Source: Vicinamibacterales bacterium
GTDB lineage: Bacteria > Acidobacteriota > Vicinamibacteria > Vicinamibacterales > 2-12-FULL-66-21
DNA: 64,000 bases
Assembly: GCA_036556425.1 (NCBI GenBank)
Contig: DATBJJ010000115.1
Span: 626-64,625, forward strand
Direction of reading: 5' to 3'
The notes under the pieces are model-generated. The model saw only the letters and a list, made by a program, of their open reading frames with translations. It had not been told where the DNA came from and did not search any database. Both the position numbers and the translations under genes were made by a program. Shown in pieces: positions 61,205 through 64,000 of this stretch; the first letter of the stretch is position 1; each line of letters starts with the position of its first letter.

Positions 61205-62968
61205 ATGCCCTTATTCCCAACGAGCTTCGTCGAGGACCTGAAGTCGCACGCCGACATCGTGCAGGTGGTCCAGGAGCGCGTGCCGCTCAAGCGAAGCGGC
61301 GCGTCATGGAAAGGCCTGTGTCCTTTCCACGGAGAGAAGACGCCGTCGTTCCACGTGTACGACAAAGGGTTTTTCCACTGCTTCGGCTGTCACGTCGGCG
61401 GCGACGTGATCAAGTTCGTGCAGTTGTACGACAAGGTCCCGTTTCCCGATGCGGTGCGGCAGCTCGCCGATCGATTCGGCCTTCCCGTGCCGGAGCTCGA
61501 GGAGAGCCGCGAGGATCGCGAGGGCCAGCGCGATCGCGAAGCGATCCTGAAAGCGCACGAGATCGCCGCCGTCTGGTTTCGCGAGCAGCTCGCGACCGCG
61601 GCGGGCGCGCCGGCGCGGCGTCTCCTCGCGCGGCGCGGCATCGCCAACGACACGGTCGAGCAGCTCGGCATCGGATACGCGCCCGCGTCTCAGGATGGAT
61701 TGAAGGCGCGGCTCGTTCGCGAGGGGTTTACGGCGGACTGGATCGTGCGCACCGGTCTCGTGCTCCAGCGCGAAGGCGGCGCGATCGTCGATCGATTCCG
61801 CGGACGGCTGATGATTCCCATCGCGCGCGACACCGGCACCATCATCGCGTTCGGCGGGCGCGCGATGGAGGAAGGCCAGGTCCCGAAATACCTGAATTCA
61901 CCCGAGACCGCGATTTATGTCAAAGGCCGCACGCTGTACGGCCTCCATTTGAGCAAGGCCGCCATCGCAAAAGCGCGCCATGCCGTGATGGTCGAGGGGT
62001 ACTTCGATGTGGCGCAGGCCCTGCAGGGCGGAATTCCGAACGTCGTCGCCTCCTCCGGCACGGCGCTGACCCCGGCGCAGGCCAAGCTGTTGAAACGTTT
62101 CGCGTCGAAAGTCGTTCTCAGTTTTGATCCGGACGCGGCGGGCAAAGGCGCGGCGGTCCGCTCGTCCGAGCTCCTCGTCGCCGAAGGCTTCAATGTGAAC
62201 GTGGCGATGATGCCGGCGGGCGACGATCCGGATACCTTCATCCGCCGCGAGGGGGGCGCGGCGTACCTGGAACGGCTCCGCACGTCGCGTCCGTATCTCG
62301 AATATCTGCTGGATCAGGCGGCTGCCGGGCAGGACCTGACCCGCGACGAGGACCGGCGCGAGTTTGTGGGCCGGATGCTCGAAGTGGCGGCCCGGATTCC
62401 CGACGCGACAGCCCGTGACCAGTTTGCGGACAGGCTGGCGCACAAGGCGCGTATAACGGAAGAGGTGGTGCGCGCGGAAATCCGAAAAGCGGCGGCGCGG
62501 AAGGAGACCGCCGTGCCTGCCATCGAGCGCGCCCGGGTGGGGGTCGATCAGGTCAAAACCGCTGAAAAAGGCCTGATTTGGGCAATCGTCCGTGACCCGG
62601 CGGCGGCGATCGCCGCCTTGGCGCACGCCGATGCCGAGGATCTGGAAGGGCTCGCCACCAGAGCGATTCTCGATCAGGCTCGATCCCTGCAGGATTTGCC
62701 CGCAGGGTCCTTACCACAAACGCTGATCGAGCGTCTAAGTGAAGTGGAGGCCCAGTTGGTCGACAATATCGGCCGGCAGCCCCACCCGCCCGGCGACCCC
62801 CTCGATTGCGTTAAGGCCCTGAAGCGGCTTCGGTATACGCGCGAGCGTGCCGCCGTTCAACGCGAGATCGACCGGCTGCAGGAAGCGGGCGCCGCCGACC
62901 ACGAAACCGAGATCGTCGCGCTCTGGGACAAGAAAAAGGCGTTACTACAGTTGATCGCGGATTCATAA
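61205..62968 (+). CDS. dnaG: DNA primase
   Basis: CPFHGEKTPSF..CFGC zinc finger, DRFRGRLMIPI, KYLNSPET, VEGYFD, FDPDAAG. Confidence 0.97.
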   Translation: MPLFPTSFVEDLKSHADIVQVVQERVPLKRSGASWKGLCPFHGEKTPSFHVYDKGFFHCFGCHVGGDVIKFVQLYDKVPFPDAVRQLADRFGLPVPELEESREDREGQRDREAILKAHEIAAVWFREQLATAAGAPARRLLARRGIANDTVEQLGIGYAPASQDGLKARLVREGFTADWIVRTGLVLQREGGAIVDRFRGRLMIPIARDTGTIIAFGGRAMEEGQVPKYLNSPETAIYVKGRTLYGLHLSKAAIAKARHAVMVEGYFDVAQALQGGIPNVVASSGTALTPAQAKLLKRFASKVVLSFDPDAAGKGAAVRSSELLVAEGFNVNVAMMPAGDDPDTFIRREGGAAYLERLRTSRPYLEYLLDQAAAGQDLTRDEDRREFVGRMLEVAARIPDATARDQFADRLAHKARITEEVVRAEIRKAAARKETAVPAIERARVGVDQVKTAEKGLIWAIVRDPAAAIAALAHADAEDLEGLATRAILDQARSLQDLPAGSLPQTLIERLSEVEAQLVDNIGRQPHPPGDPLDCVKALKRLRYTRERAAVQREIDRLQEAGAADHETEIVALWDKKKALLQLIADS

Positions 62969-63019
62969 CCGGACATATTTTGCCAAGCGTGGGGCCAGGA
63001 CGTTCAGGAGGACACGCCG

Positions 63020-64000
63020 TTGTCGATCGAAGAAAAATACGATGAAGTGAGGCAGCTCATCTCCATCGGCAAAGAAAAGGGATATCTGCTGTACGACGAG
63101 GTCAACGAGCTCCTCCCCGCCGACATCACGTCGTCGGACGAGCTCGACGATCTCTTCAGTACGTTCGGCAGCGCCGGCATCGAGGTCGTCGATTCCGAAC
63201 AGAAATACCGCGAAGACAAGCTGCTCGACCGCACCGGCGAAGGCGCGGAGGAGCTCGAGCTCGATCTCACGCCGGGCGCCCTCGACAAGACGAACGATCC
63301 GGTCCGGATGTATCTCCGCGAGATGGGCACCGTTCCGCTCCTCACGCGCGAAGGGGAAGTCGAGATCGCCAAGCGCATCGAGCGCGGCAAGCTCGCCGTG
63401 ATCAAGTCGATCTCGCGCACGCCGACCGTCGCGCGCGCGATCATGACGATGGGCGATCAGTTGAAGAACGACGAGCGGAGCATCCGCGAGCTCGTGACGT
63501 TCGTCGACGAAGAGCTCACCGACGACAAGATCGAGGATCGCAAGCGGCAGGTGCTCCGCCAGATCGACGCGGTGCGGAAGGCGTGGCAGGGTCTCGAGAA
63601 GTGCAAGGAGAAGCTCGAGAAGACGCCGCGCGGCACCACGACGCGCGACAAGCGGAAGTACCGCCGCGTGCGCTGGGAAGCGCTGCGCGCGCGCGTCGAG
63701 CTGTCGCAGCTCATTCGCCGGATCGAGTTCACCGAGGCCGTCAAGCGGCGGCTGATCGATCAGATCAAGGAATCGGTCGAAGCCGTGATGCGCGTCCGCC
63801 GCGAGATCGATCAGATCGAGCGGCAGCTCAATCCGAAGACGACGAAGAAGGCGAAGCTCAAAGAAGATGACAAGAAGAACCTCGTCAAGCGCCAGAAGGA
63901 GCAGAAGCTCCAAGTCAAGACGATGGCCGACGAGCTCGAGGAGACGCCGGACCAGTTGATGCGCACGCTCGAGACGATCTCGCGCGGCGAGATTCAAGCG
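63020..64000 (+). CDS. rpoD: RNA polymerase sigma factor RpoD, 5' part (TTG start, runs off the window)
   Basis: SD AGGAGG; MSIEEKYDEVRQLISIGKEKGYLLYDEVNELLP (region 1.1), TNDPVRMYLREMGTVPLLTREGEVEIAKRIERG (1.2). Confidence 0.95.
   Translation, partial: MSIEEKYDEVRQLISIGKEKGYLLYDEVNELLPADITSSDELDDLFSTFGSAGIEVVDSEQKYREDKLLDRTGEGAEELELDLTPGALDKTNDPVRMYLREMGTVPLLTREGEVEIAKRIERGKLAVIKSISRTPTVARAIMTMGDQLKNDERSIRELVTFVDEELTDDKIEDRKRQVLRQIDAVRKAWQGLEKCKEKLEKTPRGTTTRDKRKYRRVRWEALRARVELSQLIRRIEFTEAVKRRLIDQIKESVEAVMRVRREIDQIERQLNPKTTKKAKLKEDDKKNLVKRQKEQKLQVKTMADELEETPDQLMRTLETISRGEIQA

Overview
High-GC (roughly two-thirds G+C by eye), gene-dense core-genome region of a diderm bacterium. Two orphan duplicated MacB-type (ADOP) permeases, a tonB-exbB-exbD-exbD cluster, LptD and DivIVA together suggest Acidobacteriota, probably Vicinamibacteria (inference). 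About 50 housekeeping CDSs are present, including hppA, uppP, secDF-yajC-tgt, ddl, accD-folC-lptD-rfbB, a Clp ATPase, htpX, thiC, rpiB-glyA-dinG-dam, yggS-divIVA-hutI, gltA-lepA-lepB, larB and mutS2-dnaG-rpoD (truncated by the window edge). I found no rRNA, tRNA, CRISPR array, prophage or intact transposase. The most striking unannotated element is at 13.9-14.4 kb. It is a stand-alone transcription unit with a near-consensus sigma70 promoter, a tandem pair of NrdR-like boxes, a strong RBS and a terminator. It encodes two paralogous 16-17 aa Lys/Gly micropeptides (MAKKA(A)KGGKKKGGKKR) that differ only by synonymous changes and one codon indel. Other notable observations are a prenol-kinase/DUF92 fusion coupled to a UbiA prenyltransferase, a hutI with no canonical start codon in frame behind the divIVA amber stop, a LexA-like box before a SplB-like radical SAM gene, many apparently leaderless genes, and at least 11 intergenic arrays of 7-9 bp repeats that fall into a few families.
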